A stretch of 15,729 nt of DNA, from NCBI GenBank assembly GCA_024626585.2, contig JANKJI020000004.1, positions 42,850,929 through 42,866,657 of the forward strand, given 5' to 3'. Shown here piece by piece: positions 1 to 10,732 of this stretch. Every line of letters starts with the position of its first letter. The stretch's first letter is position 1. The position numbers and the translations under genes are program-made. The DNA comes from Ginkgo biloba. Lineage: Eukaryota; Plantae; Ginkgophyta. Under the pieces are notes generated by a model. It was not told the origin of the DNA, did no database searches, and worked only from the letters and a program-made list of their open reading frames with translations.

Positions 1-256
1 TTGTTGGACAAGATCAGATACATTGTTTCTTAATTACAATAAACTTAGAATGGTCACCAATACTCTAGAAGCTTGGTAGAAGTTTGGGTTTGGAGTCTCT
101 CCATGCTTATGAGCGAAGTATCTACTTCAATTGTTTATGCTCTATAGGGCATAACATTGAAACTATATCAAATATGGGGGCTTAAAAATTTACAATATCT
201 CTGGAACATAANNNNNNNNNNNNNNNNNNNNNNNNNNNNNNNNNNNNNNNNNNNNN

Positions 257-870
257 GTTTTTTGCAAAGTCCATTATTCCCCAGGGCCTAGCCCCCAAGG
301 GCGCTCAAACATAGGTGCTCATGATGCCTCCTACCCCTTGTGTGGCCAACCTGAAACAATCCCACATCTCTTTTGGTGGTGCCCATAGGCTAAACCTCTT
401 TTGAATAAGGTCAAATAGTTTGCCTCCCCCATGCTAACTTATCCTTTCAATTGGGCATCTCCCCCTCCTTGGGACTTAGGACCCTATAGTCTATACCAAG
501 CTTGGCACATACTTAGTGGAGGTTCATNNNNNNNNNNNNNNNNNNNNNNNNNNNNNNNNNNNNNNNCCAATGCCTTTGTGTTGCATTTCTAATGAAACTG
601 CCACTATGATTCTATTAAACTGTGTTACGCAAATTAAGGCTCAAGCAAAAAAAGTGAAACTAGAGTTCATTGGACACTTGGGATCAGCCCCCTATACTAC
701 AAGCAAGGTTCTTGCAGACCAAGAAGAAAGGAATCATAACAGAAGCAAAAACAAAGGCCTCAACAGAGGGAGGGGTACACCTANNNNNNNNNNNNNNNNN
801 NNNNNNNNNNNNNNNNNNNNNNNNNNNNAAAAAGCATGCTACAAAGGATGATGAACAAGGCAATGCTCCA
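257..870 (+). pseudogene. LINE (L1-like) ORF2 C-terminal remnant with zf-RVT CCHC motif
   Basis: Frame +2 at 302-388 reads RSNIGAHDASYPLCGQPETIPHLFWWCP*, matching the plant L1 zf-RVT pattern CxxC..ET..HLF..C with the first Cys mutated to Tyr. It is preceded in another frame by FFAKSIIPQGL and followed by QAWHIL near 497-514. Stops, frameshifts and N gaps are present. The T/G-rich tract at about 975-1164 could be the 3' UTR. Confidence 0.7.
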
Positions 871-1264
871 ACTTAGTGAACGGCAATCTCTCCCAAAAGG
901 GATAATTCCTACAAGAAGGATGAATGGGTAGAGTGGATGTGATCAACTAGACCTTAACAAGTCTATAAATCCTATTTACGCTTCCTTTGTTGTGGTTTCT
1001 AGTGTTGGGCTTTAAAAGACTAATGTTCTAATGATGTTTATGGATCTTGTGTTTTATTTTCTATGGTCATGTGTGGCTAGTTCAAATATTGTTTGCACTA
1101 GTAGTGCAGGGGATGTACATTTCTATTTTTGCCAACCATTATATGTAATTTTTCCTATTAGTAGNNNNNNNNNNNNNNNNNNNNNNNNNNNNNNNNNNNN
1201 NNNNNNNNNNNNNNNNNNNNNNNNNNNNNNNNNNNNNNNNNNNNNNNNNNNNNNNNNNNNNNNN

Positions 1265-1671
1265 TCTCGAATGATGCAGAAGGGTTAGGTTTTTGAGTTT
1301 CTAGACCTTCGGAGGTTCCATGTCCAATGCTCTCCAACCATGATTCCCTAGGTGCCGTAGACTGGAAATCCAATTATACATAGTTAAGGGTTCCTTACAC
1401 CAAAAAACAATGCCTTTTTAAAGTCAATGGCAAGGAGACCCAAAAGGGGACTATGTCCAAAGAGAGAGTTTTAGAGTTTTGGGCTTCAGGGTTTATAGGG
1501 AGCGTAAAGTGATTCACATTGGAGTGGGCCCGAAAGGAGGTCACATCTCAATATATAAAGTTTGGGAGTTGGTGGGACGAGGTCCCCTTTGTGTAGTCTC
1601 GAGGCTAGTTCCCAAGCTGCGAACTCGAAATCCAATTAAATGCAGTTAAAGGTGGGCCCCAATACCTCACA
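1265..1671 (-). mobile_element. Probable LTR fragment (U3-TATA-R), minus strand; distal end lost in a 100-N gap
   Basis: The minus strand begins TGTGAGGTATTGGGGCCCACC at 1671. It contains CCCTATAAA (1500-1492) followed by CCCAAAACTCTAAAACTCTCTC, a layout typical of plant LTR promoters. No partner LTR, PBS or PPT was seen. Confidence 0.4.
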
Positions 1672-4212
1672 TTGTGACAAGTCTCATGCCATAAGTCAAT
1701 GATGTAGATCCCAAGAAAAGGTCATTCACAATTGTTGTAGTCAATTCATCAACAATTATTATGATCAACTAGGATCAAATGAATTCATGTTCGAGTACAA
1801 CCAAACAAAAAAAGCGAAGACTAAGGTTGTCCATAACCCATAGCATAATCAAAAAGAATGGAGAAAATGCACATATTAATGGGATAGATCAATCATAGAA
1901 TTAACATCTTGGCAAATGGTGACAATCACGACAATCATGATGATATCTAATATGAGATGCCCCAAAAGTTTTTGCAAGCCCCCTTGAATCTGCAAAGAGT
2001 TGTAAAGATGCATGTGTTGATATTAATGATGTGCCTTCAAAATATGCTCCTTTATTTGATGCTTCGATTCATTACTACATAAACATTTATTATAGACTAA
2101 GACAACTAAGACTTACTATTGAGTATTCTCACATATAAGACGTTAAAAGGCAAACTCCTCATATGAAGACACCTCAAGCAATAAACATATGGCATGCAAA
2201 TGTATAAACTTGATATTGTGAATCATAGATGATAACAACAAATTGTCTCAATGACAAAATCACTAAGCATAGGACATTTAACACACATGGACACTATGAA
2301 TAGCCTTCTTGACAATGTTATCAATGACAACCAGAAACTTGGGTTTCTTTTACAACTGATAAGCAACCATAGAAGCATCAGATTTCAAGAAACTAATTTC
2401 CTTTTCCAACATTTTTTTACAAGCATGCAGACTGCTTCTCCATATAGATATAGTACTACCATTGTAGAGGCAAGAGTTGAAACATAATGTTTTATATCAC
2501 ATGTTTCTGGTATCCAAGCATCATCTCCAATTAAACCTTTCGATAGGGAAAGAAATCCACAAATCTTCTATGAATTAAGTCCTAATATATACATGAAGAG
2601 GATGAAAGGAAAACAGTGGAGAAAGAACCAGAAAGAAGATAGACACAAAGAATCAAACCTTTTGAGAAAACTCTGCTCTCCAAAATGCAAGAGCATCTTC
2701 TAATTTTAGTCCAACACCCTGCATAAAAGACCAATTCATGAATATCTACATGCTAAACTTGTTTAACATTAACTAAATATTTTTAATATTTCACCACATA
2801 GGAAAATGGATTCATGTCAATCCTATGCAGAAAATAGTGATTTTGTAAAAATAACAAAATCAAGCCTTACGTAAGAAATGCACACATGAATAGAGACAAA
2901 TGATTTTAAAACTTCCCAGAAATATTACTGTATTAGATAATTATCGAATATCAATAATTTAGCATNNNNNNNNNNNNNNNNNNNNNNNNNNNNNNNNNNN
3001 NNNNNNNNNNNNNNNNNNNNNNNNNNNNNNNNNNNNNNNNNNNNNNNNNNNNNNNNNNNNNNNNNNNNNNNNNNNNNNNNNNNNNNNNNNNNNNNNNNNN
3101 NNNNNNNNNNNNNNNNNNNNNNNNNNNNNNNNNNNNNNNNNNNNNNNNNNNNNNNNNNNNNNNNNNNNNNNNNNNNNGCCCCAAAGCAGTTGAATTTCTC
3201 TCTTTTCTGCAAAAATTTCATTGCCAACTAAAGATCTCTTCAAGAATGAAAAGATGAGCTCATACAAGAAGAACGAATTGCATTCATAAAATTAAAAAAC
3301 GTGAAAAGTTCCAAAAGGGAAACCCAAAGCCTGCCACTACAATCAAAAATCAACCTACAACATTGTTGTTGAAGCAAGGAGCACTACAGTAATACATAGC
3401 AAAGATTTCTTTGACCACACCTTCAAGAAGGGATTTGAAAACCCAAAGTTTACCACTCCAAAACCAAGCAGCCCGCAAGGTTTGCTAGCAAAGATCTTGA
3501 AGTGAAGAACATTGTAGCAAAAAAAATAAATAAAGCACAATTTTTTTCAGTTGGACCTGCAGATGGAATTCAAAAAGGAAACTCAAAGCCCATCACCCTG
3601 TAAACAAACATCTAGCATTGAGTAGATCCCTTGAAGCAAAGAACACTATCAATATGCATCACAAGAAATATTTTAAGCAGACATTCAAGACGGTATCACC
3701 CATCTCCCCCAAGAGTTGTTTAGTAAAATCATGAAAGAAAAAATCAACAATTATGTTGAGTAGAATATGTAGAGCCTATGGACCAAATACAACTAGTTCA
3801 GGACCAAAGCACTAGAAATTCTGCCATCCAAGACAAATAGGAGAATTCAACAAAACTTAAAAGAAACCCTGAAGATTTTTCGATGCTACCCTTCAACATT
3901 TCTCAACTGCATAAATCTTCAACATAGAATCTGCTTTCACATGTCCAATATCAAAAGAAACTTCAAGGAAGCTCCGCAGGAGTTTTCCCAAAGAGTGACA
4001 GATTAATTTAACCAGCTGAGATTCAACCACAAATTGGCAGTGAAGAAACTATTTGGATAGTTTCTCAATTCTAGCTATTGATTTCAAGCTCCCCACCTAA
4101 GTCCCCTATTAACCCTGCTTGAACTATCGAATGACATATGCTCTCCTTCCTTCCCTTACTCTTTCATCTGTACTTTACCCATAATTGTCCCTTACTTTCC
4201 TGTTTGAACGTC

Positions 4213-4454
4213 CTTCTATTTCCATTCATGCTATTTATCTTGTAGGTATATTTTTTAACTTTTATGTCCTACTTACCTTCTTCAAAATGTAACTTTGTTC
4301 TTTCTCACTTCTTCCATCCCAGATATTTATCTTGAAAATGTCAAAAATGTCAACTTTGTTCTTTCCCACTTCTATTTCCCTCATGCTATTTAGCTTGGAC
4401 ATATTTTTAGAACCCTGAAAATGACTAAAACGTCACTTTCTCTTTCCCACATCT
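4213..4454. repeat. Degenerate pyrimidine-rich tandem repeat array
   Basis: AAAATGT(C)AACTTTGTTCTTTCYCACTTCT occurs at 4284-4312 and 4344-4373, with a diverged copy at about 4427-4454. CTTCTATTTCC(AT/C)TCATGCTATTTAKCTTG occurs at 4213-4242 and 4369-4397. Confidence 0.75.
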
Positions 4455-5499
4455 TGCATTCCAACTTTGTGCAACTTGGCATAGAAGGATTCTACAAAGT
4501 CCCACCATGGAGATTGAATAACGAGAGATAAGGGGAAAGAAGCTAGTCCATGCAAGCATGTCAAAAACAAACGACGAAAGCTAAAATAGACTATACACAT
4601 CCCCTGACTGCTTCAATATGTGCAATGATAGGCTAGGAAAATGGTTGAGGACATGGAGATGTATGCCTGGCCATGCGAGTTATCAACTCCCAACAAAAAA
4701 CTAAATTAAATTAAGAAGCAGTGCCAACTCAGATGATATTGAACAATTCGGCATTGAATCAAGCATGAAGTTAATAAACAAAACCCAAATGCAAAATGTG
4801 TTCTCTTACAAAGGCAAGTCACTATTGACTCACACAATGAATCACAAGAGCATGNNNNNNNNNNNNNNNNNNNNNNNNNNNNNNNNNNNNNNNNNNNNNN
4901 NNNNNNNNNNNNNNNNNNNNNNNNNNNNNNNNNNNNNNNNNNNNNNNNNNNNNNNNNNNNNNNNNNNNNNNNNNNNNNNNNNNNNNNNNNNNNNNNNNNN
5001 NNNNNNNNNNNNNNNNNNNNNNNNNNNNNNNNNNNNNNNNNNNNNNNNNNNNNNNNNNNNNNNNNNNNNNNNNNNNNNNNNNNNNNNNNNNNNNNNNNNN
5101 NNNNNNNNNNNNNNNNNNNNNNNNNNNNNNNNNNNNNNNNNNNNNNNNNNNNNNNNNNNNNNNNNNNNNNNNNNNNNNNNNNNNNNNNNNNNNNNNNNNN
5201 NNNNNNNNNNNNNNNNNNNNNNNNNNNNNNNNNNNNNNNNNNNNNNNNNNNNNNAAACCATAAACAAATTAATAAATTAAGAACCATGCTAGAAACATCC
5301 AAAAACTTCTTCCTGGCTGCCAAAACTCTTGCTCAGCTCACAAAAACAGTGTGCTGTGTTTTTAACAAATGATCCTCTCTTCCTCTCTTTTCTTAAAAAA
5401 AGAGTTAGAAAACTCAAACTCAGTCTAGGGCACGTTAGTTGAGGTGGAAAACAAGGGAACAACGCCTTTTTAAAAAAAAATTTCTTTTTTTGTGTTTTT

Positions 5500-5690
5500 G
5501 GTGGGTCCTGACTTGGGGATGGTGGTGCGTCCTCATGGGGATAGGGGGATGGGACTCGGGATGGTTGGGTACAGCCCAACCATAGCGGGTACAACGCACA
5601 ACCATATAAACATCCCTAGTGTGGGTACCATCCCCCAGTTCAAGCATCCTGTATAAGGTGGGCACGCACTTGACATCACCGGTTACTTCC
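5500..5690. mobile_element. GC-rich cluster of short GGGAYG/CRTCCC motifs; possible subterminal region of a DNA transposon (hAT-like)
   Basis: GGGATG occurs at 5516, 5546 and 5558. The inverse CATCCC occurs at 5611 and 5629, CATCC at 5645 and undecayed CGTCC at 5528. There is a 9-bp inverted repeat at 5561-5583. Clustered short motifs in both orientations are typical of transposase-binding subterminal repeats. No TIR pair or TSD was found. Confidence 0.35.
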
Positions 5691-6582
5691 AACTCTTGTG
5701 GTTAGATAGGATTTTAGATGCATAAATTTCCATGCATGCATAATTTTCTTTTGGTGCAAAATCTAACCATTTTTAATTCCCACTCGACTGTGTGCAATTT
5801 GCTTCCCTTTCTAAACCATCTAGAACCATCTATATCATTACTAAATCATTGCAGAGTAATGTACGCCATTACTACATTGCACTCCAAGCCAAAAAACATA
5901 GACCATATTTAATGAGAAAAGTCTAAAAACTGTAGTGGCAATGACAAATGACACTTTCCTCTAACTCAATTTTGCAAAATCTTAGTTGTTTTTGCCCCAC
6001 CCAAGAATACCTTCAGATATTCAATGAACAACTAATTACCATCCAATGATGTCTGATGTAAATCTTGGCAATTATCTCATATACAACTAAAACTATGTCT
6101 CTTTGCCTTCGAACGATTTGTGCATAAATTAACACATTCCTTGTGTTACAAAGAAGGAAAGAAGGACATAGAGAGCAGGGACACAATCTAATGAAGTCAA
6201 GGTAACGATTTCAAAGAGAAAAGAATCCCAACACATTACAGTTGTAACCATAATTTGAATTATCTATGGCAAGAAGCAATGAAGATGAGTTTTCACCCTT
6301 CCACGATGAGAAAAAGAAGTTGAATTCATCCCCATGCAAAGTGCACTCCTTCTAGAATCGTATGCATTTCCATGGGAGTTGAACATGCACTCTCTTTCAT
6401 AAGTCCATTCATGTAATCAAACGATGTATCAAAGGTAGAATGAGAGTCCCAAGCAAATTGGTACTCTTTCCCATACACAAACCAAAGTAAGGAGACATGC
6501 TTTTTCAATAAACTTCCCCATAGCTCTTACATGCATGAACCAACATTGGAGTAAATATAATATGTATTTGCAAGGGATAACT

Positions 6583-6872
6583 CAATCCCCACAGTACCCT
6601 TATTTCTTTCTACATTTCATGATCTGCTCCTGCTCATTGACCTTCAGATGGACGTTAGGTGACTTAATGAAATAATAAAATGGGAGAATAAATTGAGTTA
6701 GGTTGACTTGTTGTAATAGATAGACTCCCTGTTCATCTCCTATAATACAGCCCCTTCCCCTAATACTTCAACCACACACCATTCATTGAATCCCTTTTAC
6801 ATATGGCTTTGGCTTCTTTAACCCTTTTAATCCTCTTTAATCCTTCCCCACACTTATGTGCTTGGCCCATGT
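6583..6872 (+). pseudogene. Helitron Rep remnant, segment 1 (tentative)
   Basis: 6583-6615 reads QSPQYPYFFLH (cf. PLQYPLFFPHG). 6840-6872 reads ILPHTYVLGPC (cf. ILPSSF.GGPR; TGT could be a decayed CGT). Each motif is weak alone, and the support comes from their order relative to segments 2 and 3. Confidence 0.35.
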
Positions 6873-6899
6873 CAGCCTAGTCTTCCAAAAACTAGAGTG

Positions 6900-8014
6900 T
6901 TGAAGTTTCTTGATCCCATTTATCATTCTAATCACCCTTGTGGTATTACCCTCCAAATTGGTGGAGACCTACCAAAGCATGTTAACCTTCCTACAGGGCA
7001 TGATAACTGGCATAAAACTTATTTCACCACAATATAAACTTGGGAGATGGGAAATCTCACAAGAATTGAGGCATGTTAATCCTAGTGCAAAGCAACAAGC
7101 CACACGAATTTCTTTTGAGCCAACAAAACCTTGGGGATGAATTCTTATGGAAAAAAGAAGGGCCACCCCATTGGCCAACAAGAGACTAAAACATTGCCCA
7201 AGAACATGGCAAGCAAAGAAAGAAAAGCAGTATGATGTAGACTTATGGGTTGTGGAATCCATTAAGGCCACTTGACAAGCAAGAGAGCCAAGTTGGACCA
7301 ACATGACAACCAATCAACAACATAATAAAGTCAACCTCTTATAGGACATGCCAAATGTCTCCTCATGTTAGCCAAATTCATGTGTCGTGCGTACCAGCTA
7401 ACTTTTGAGCAACTTAGGGATTTGACCAAAACTTGGAATGGAGTTTGGACCAGAGTGTGGACTAAAGCATGAACATGAGCAACTTTTCTAGGGAAGTTCT
7501 TGAAGAAGAACCCCCATTTATTGCTGTGGTTGAAACTGCTACCATTGGCTTTCTTACATCATTAGAGTTATGTGGAGTTGGAGAAGAAAGTTGAACTAGG
7601 CCAAAAAGCTATAAGGTTGGTNNNNNNNNNNNNNNNNNNNNNNNNNNNNNNNNNNNNNNNNNNNNNNNNNNNNNNNNNNNNNNNNNNNNNNNNNNNNNNN
7701 NNNNNNNNNNNNNNNNNNNNNGTTGTAAACTCTGTAAAAATCTTCTGTGAGTTCTTAATAAAAGAATCTCTTTCTATTGGTTTTCCCTTCGGGGTTTTTT
7801 CCAGGGGCTTTGCCCAAAATCACTGTGTCAATTTTCTGTGTGCATGCTTTTAATTCCTGCTCATAATTTTAAGTAAAAGACTCTGTTGTGTTTTTAGTTA
7901 TAAGTTTTTGTTTTCTTTCTGCATTTCTGAGTATGCAAGAAAATCAAGAAAACCAAGAAACGCAAGAAACCTTATTGAGACTAAAACCGGAGTTGGGTCT
8001 GAGAAAATTTTACA
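6900..8014 (+). mobile_element. LTR-like segment (possible solo LTR); left boundary approximate
   Basis: AATAAA at about 7757 is followed by GGTTTTCCCTTCGGGGTTTTTTCCAGG (7779-7805), resembling the U5 motif common in plant LTRs, then a T-rich tract and an end ...AAAATTTTACA at 8014. There is no convincing TSD, and a 100-N gap lies at 7622-7721. Confidence 0.5.
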
Positions 8015-8440
8015 ATTTTCATGCAAAAAATTCTTCCAAAAGCCTAAGGTATATTTCAATTTGTCATTTAGCCCTTGACCAACGTTATATGGAAGGGACA
8101 TATTGTAGGGGTTGAAGGCCTAAAGATCTTTTGGAAGTGCTTCAATTTAATATTTGATTGAAGATTCTCTTTACAATGTTAAAGTCAATTGAAAAATAAA
8201 TTGGAACTTGGTGCTATTAAATTATGGAGATCTAAAGGTTTTATTATTGAATTGTGGGTACCAAGGTAAGACATATATGACGATGATTAGATAGCAATTC
8301 AAAAAATTATTCAACTTAATGTGCTTATCGAAACAAAGATACATGTGACAACACCAAGACATTTTTTATATTTTTTGGCGCAGTGGCATTTAGAATCCAA
8401 TTTTTCTTTAATGGGGGGTTGCAAAAGGATGTCACCTTTT
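8015..8440 (+). pseudogene. Helitron Rep remnant, segment 2
   Basis: 8022-8087 reads CKKFFQKPKVYFNLSFSP*PTL (cf. CR..GKPDLFITFTCNP.WPEI). It is followed by IL*GLKA and FNI*LKILFTMLK (cf. L..GQ...DRPD...RVF..KL..L), and near 8380-8440 by SGI*NP and MGGCKRMSPF (cf. CG..NP...M..G.C.K.FP). The HUH motif is not recognisable. Confidence 0.45.
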
Positions 8441-9064
8441 TCTATGCCAATAGTTTTGAACCAGTAGAATCACAAGACAATAGTCAGTGAAAATCTATTA
8501 CAATTTTCAATCACAGCATTATTGTAGTCTTCGATCATAATCTTGTTGCAATCTTCGATCACAACTCGAGTTCCAAACTTTAGTTGCACGCTCGATCTTA
8601 GGACATAAGGACTTGGTCGTTGTTTAAATTGGCAAATGGATAAAGCTAAGATTAGTTAGCAACTATAATTACTGAAAAGTACATTGTTGTGCATCTCTTC
8701 ATAAATGACTCTTGGAAAAGGCACAAGTTCACATATTTAATGAAATCACCTTAGGGAAAAAGATCATCTATATGTCATCAGTCCTTCTCTGTGTCTCATC
8801 TATGAATTGTTATTCTTCTGTTGAATAAATACGATTGTTCTTGACTAATGTTGTTCACGATTAATGGTTGTTTATATGTGATTCTATGGATTCTAGCATG
8901 TATGTTAGTAGTTAATATAATGCTAGTATTCGTGCAACCTAAGATTGCCTCCGCATTGGTGAGAGCAATGAGGCCTGGCCTTTATGAATGGAAGAACATT
9001 GGTGCTAAACCAAGTTGTGTATACCCTAGTAAATACCCCATTATTGATGTATTTGCAGTAAACA
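8441..9064 (+). repeat. 5' LTR
   Basis: Aligns end to end with 14350-15061. A hand-counted block, 8707-8832 vs 14687-14812, has 107/126 identities. It ends GTAAACA. It starts TCTATGCC (TG mutated) if the CTTTT TSD is accepted, otherwise at the TG at 8445. AATAAA is at 8824. Confidence 0.88.
8496..8567 (+). repeat. 24-bp tandem repeat x3 in 5' LTR U3
   Basis: Units: TATTACAATTTTCAATCACAGCAT / TATTGTAGTCTTCGATCATAATCT / TGTTGCAATCTTCGATCACAACTC. Confidence 0.85.
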
Positions 9065-9079
9065 TTACATCCATTGCCA
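9065..9079 (+). promoter_or_regulatory. Decayed primer-binding site (Athila-type TGGCGCCGTTGCC-like)
   Basis: TTACATCCATTGCCA lies immediately after the LTR end. CCATTGCCA equals CCGTTGCCG after two CpG-to-CpA changes. The 5' TGG is not preserved. Confidence 0.5.
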
Positions 9080-9223
9080 TTTGCCAAACTATGGTCGACC
9101 AAGAGATAGCAAAATTGGCTATAATAAGTCAAGTCCTAGGTGTCACATTAACTGCACTTGTTAAAAATCGGGATAACTAGGGATCTTCGTCATACCACCA
9201 CGAGAGCAACCTAAGCCCACCAT

Positions 9224-9596
9224 GGATGCTCATACTGAAAGAAGGAACAATTAGGATGAGAAGAAGAATGGGACAACTAAACCAGTCCCTGTAAAGCAAA
9301 CTAGAAAGGGTGAAATCCTTTCCCCTAACAACGGGAACGGCAGTAGCATAGCTGGATCCCAGATGTCGAGCATGGAGTAGGTTCAGACACTGGATTAGAA
9401 TGTATCAAAACCAAAGCAGGAAGTGAGTTTCACCTATTGGATGAGGCAACTAATGAAGAATGCTCAAAGCTTGATGACGAAGACCCCACATCTGGCAATG
9501 ATGAATTGCAGACCCCCCATACTCCCACAACATCAAAATTAAGATGTATGAAGTTCTAAAAAAGATGGATCTCTATAGACAAGGAAACATGCTACT
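9224..9596 (+). repeat. gag N-terminal region, copy 1 (diverged direct repeat of 9776-10141)
   Basis: Colinear anchors shared by both copies: GGATGCTCAT, ACAACTAAAC, GGTGAAA, CAAAACCAA, GCTCAAAGC, GATGACGARGACCCCACA, ACTCCCACAAC, AAAGATGGAT and GAAACATSCTACT. Confidence 0.85.
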
Positions 9597-9775
9597 TGTA
9601 ATAGTCTCACCTCTTAAACTTGTATGCTAAAATATCATAAGAGTACATAATCATCATATAACATAAAGAAATATTNNNNNNNNNNNNNNNNNNNNNNNNN
9701 NNNNNNNNNNNNNNNNNNNNNNNNNNNNNNNNNNNNNNNNNNNNNNNNNNNNNNNNNNNNNNNNNNNNNNNNNNN

Positions 9776-10732
9776 GGATGCTCATGCAAAAAGGAGGAAG
9801 ACTTGGGACCAAATGAGGAATGCAACAACTAAACTAGTCCTTCCAAAACAAATTGGATAAGGTGAAAGCCTTCCCTCTAACCCTAGGAATGGTAGTAGCA
9901 CATCTAGATCCTAGTTAAAACACTAGAACAAAGTGTAACAAAACCAAGACAAAAAGTAAGTTTTCAACAAGTGGATCAGGTAATTAGCAAAGAACGCTCA
10001 AAGCCTAAAGAAAAGGATGACGAGGACCCCACAACTAATGACAATAAATTACAGACACCTCACACTCCCACAACGAGTAGCGACATATCTCTGAAGTTTT
10101 AAGAAAGATGGATTTCTCTAGTGACGAAGAAACATCCTACTCCATACAACAAAAGACCATATACAGAATGGCATCACCAAGAGGGTGCACTAATGCGCGA
10201 AATAATCCAAACAATCCTCTAGTTAACAATAATCCTCCACCCAATAACAAGAAGAATAATCAACCATATATTGTAGCGTGGAATGACAACACCAACAACC
10301 TAAGACACAATGGAATTGGGGGACAATTTGACCATCTAGCCTTATTCAAAAATAGTTTGGAATTAAAAAACATCCTAAATGAGAGAGATAAAAGCACAAT
10401 TTTTCAACACTTTACAGCGGCCAGTTGTAACCTGGTATCAATATGCCAATCTCACAAACCCTCTATGGGATCAATCATAANNNNNNNNNNTTTGGACCAT
10501 TTCCAAAAATTGCATGATCTAGTCACTATATTTCAAGTGTTACAAGAGCTTCGGCAATGTCGTGGAGAGTCAATTAAAGACTATGATGCAAATCCTACTT
10601 AACAAACTTAGTGTTGATGATATCCACCCCATTTACTGAAAGCAATTCCAAGGCTTCTTGTCACATGTCCAATATTCAATAAGGCTCCATCTTATATAGA
10701 GTTATCATCAAGTGCGCGATCTAGCTATGAGG
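9776..10732 (+). pseudogene. gag: gag remnant (includes ORF 10108-10602)
   Basis: An Asn/Pro-rich linker is followed by capsid-like sequence ending LQELRQCRGESIKDYD (cf. the retrotransposon gag motif l.Q..gEsv.eY). After frameshifts it continues as LLNKL...FQGFLSHVQYSIRL...YHQVRDLAM. It is truncated before any CCHC knuckle. Confidence 0.75.

Noticed and set aside
1672-2700. A-rich, gag-like decayed coding sequence including ORF 2251-2487
   Set aside because: No recognisable gag motif and no PBS upstream, so no call can be supported.
2925-5323. Long ORFs at 2925-3267 and 4706-5323 (likewise 13434-13776)
   Set aside because: They are open only because they run through N gaps.
5561-5620. Hairpin plus CTAG as a Helitron 3' end
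   Set aside because: The CTAG is about 30 bp from the hairpin rather than about 10-12 bp, and it lies upstream of the plus-strand Rep remnant.
5700-6540. Minus-strand MULE-transposase-like fragments, including ORF 6326-6508
   Set aside because: Only vague resemblances across several frames with no diagnostic motif. The region may instead be Helitron N-terminal sequence on the plus strand. Left unassigned.
6712-8014. Solo LTR bounded by TGTAA...TTACA
   Set aside because: The flanks CTTGT and ATTTT do not form a TSD, and a Helitron-like motif at 6840-6872 would fall inside it. The left boundary is left approximate.
8848-9180. Hydrophobic 110-aa ORF sharing NIGAKPSCVYP with ORF 14899-15081, resembling a paralogous small-protein pair
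   Set aside because: Both lie in the U5 part of the two LTRs. The similarity is LTR DNA homology, and the ORFs cross the LTR ends at different points.
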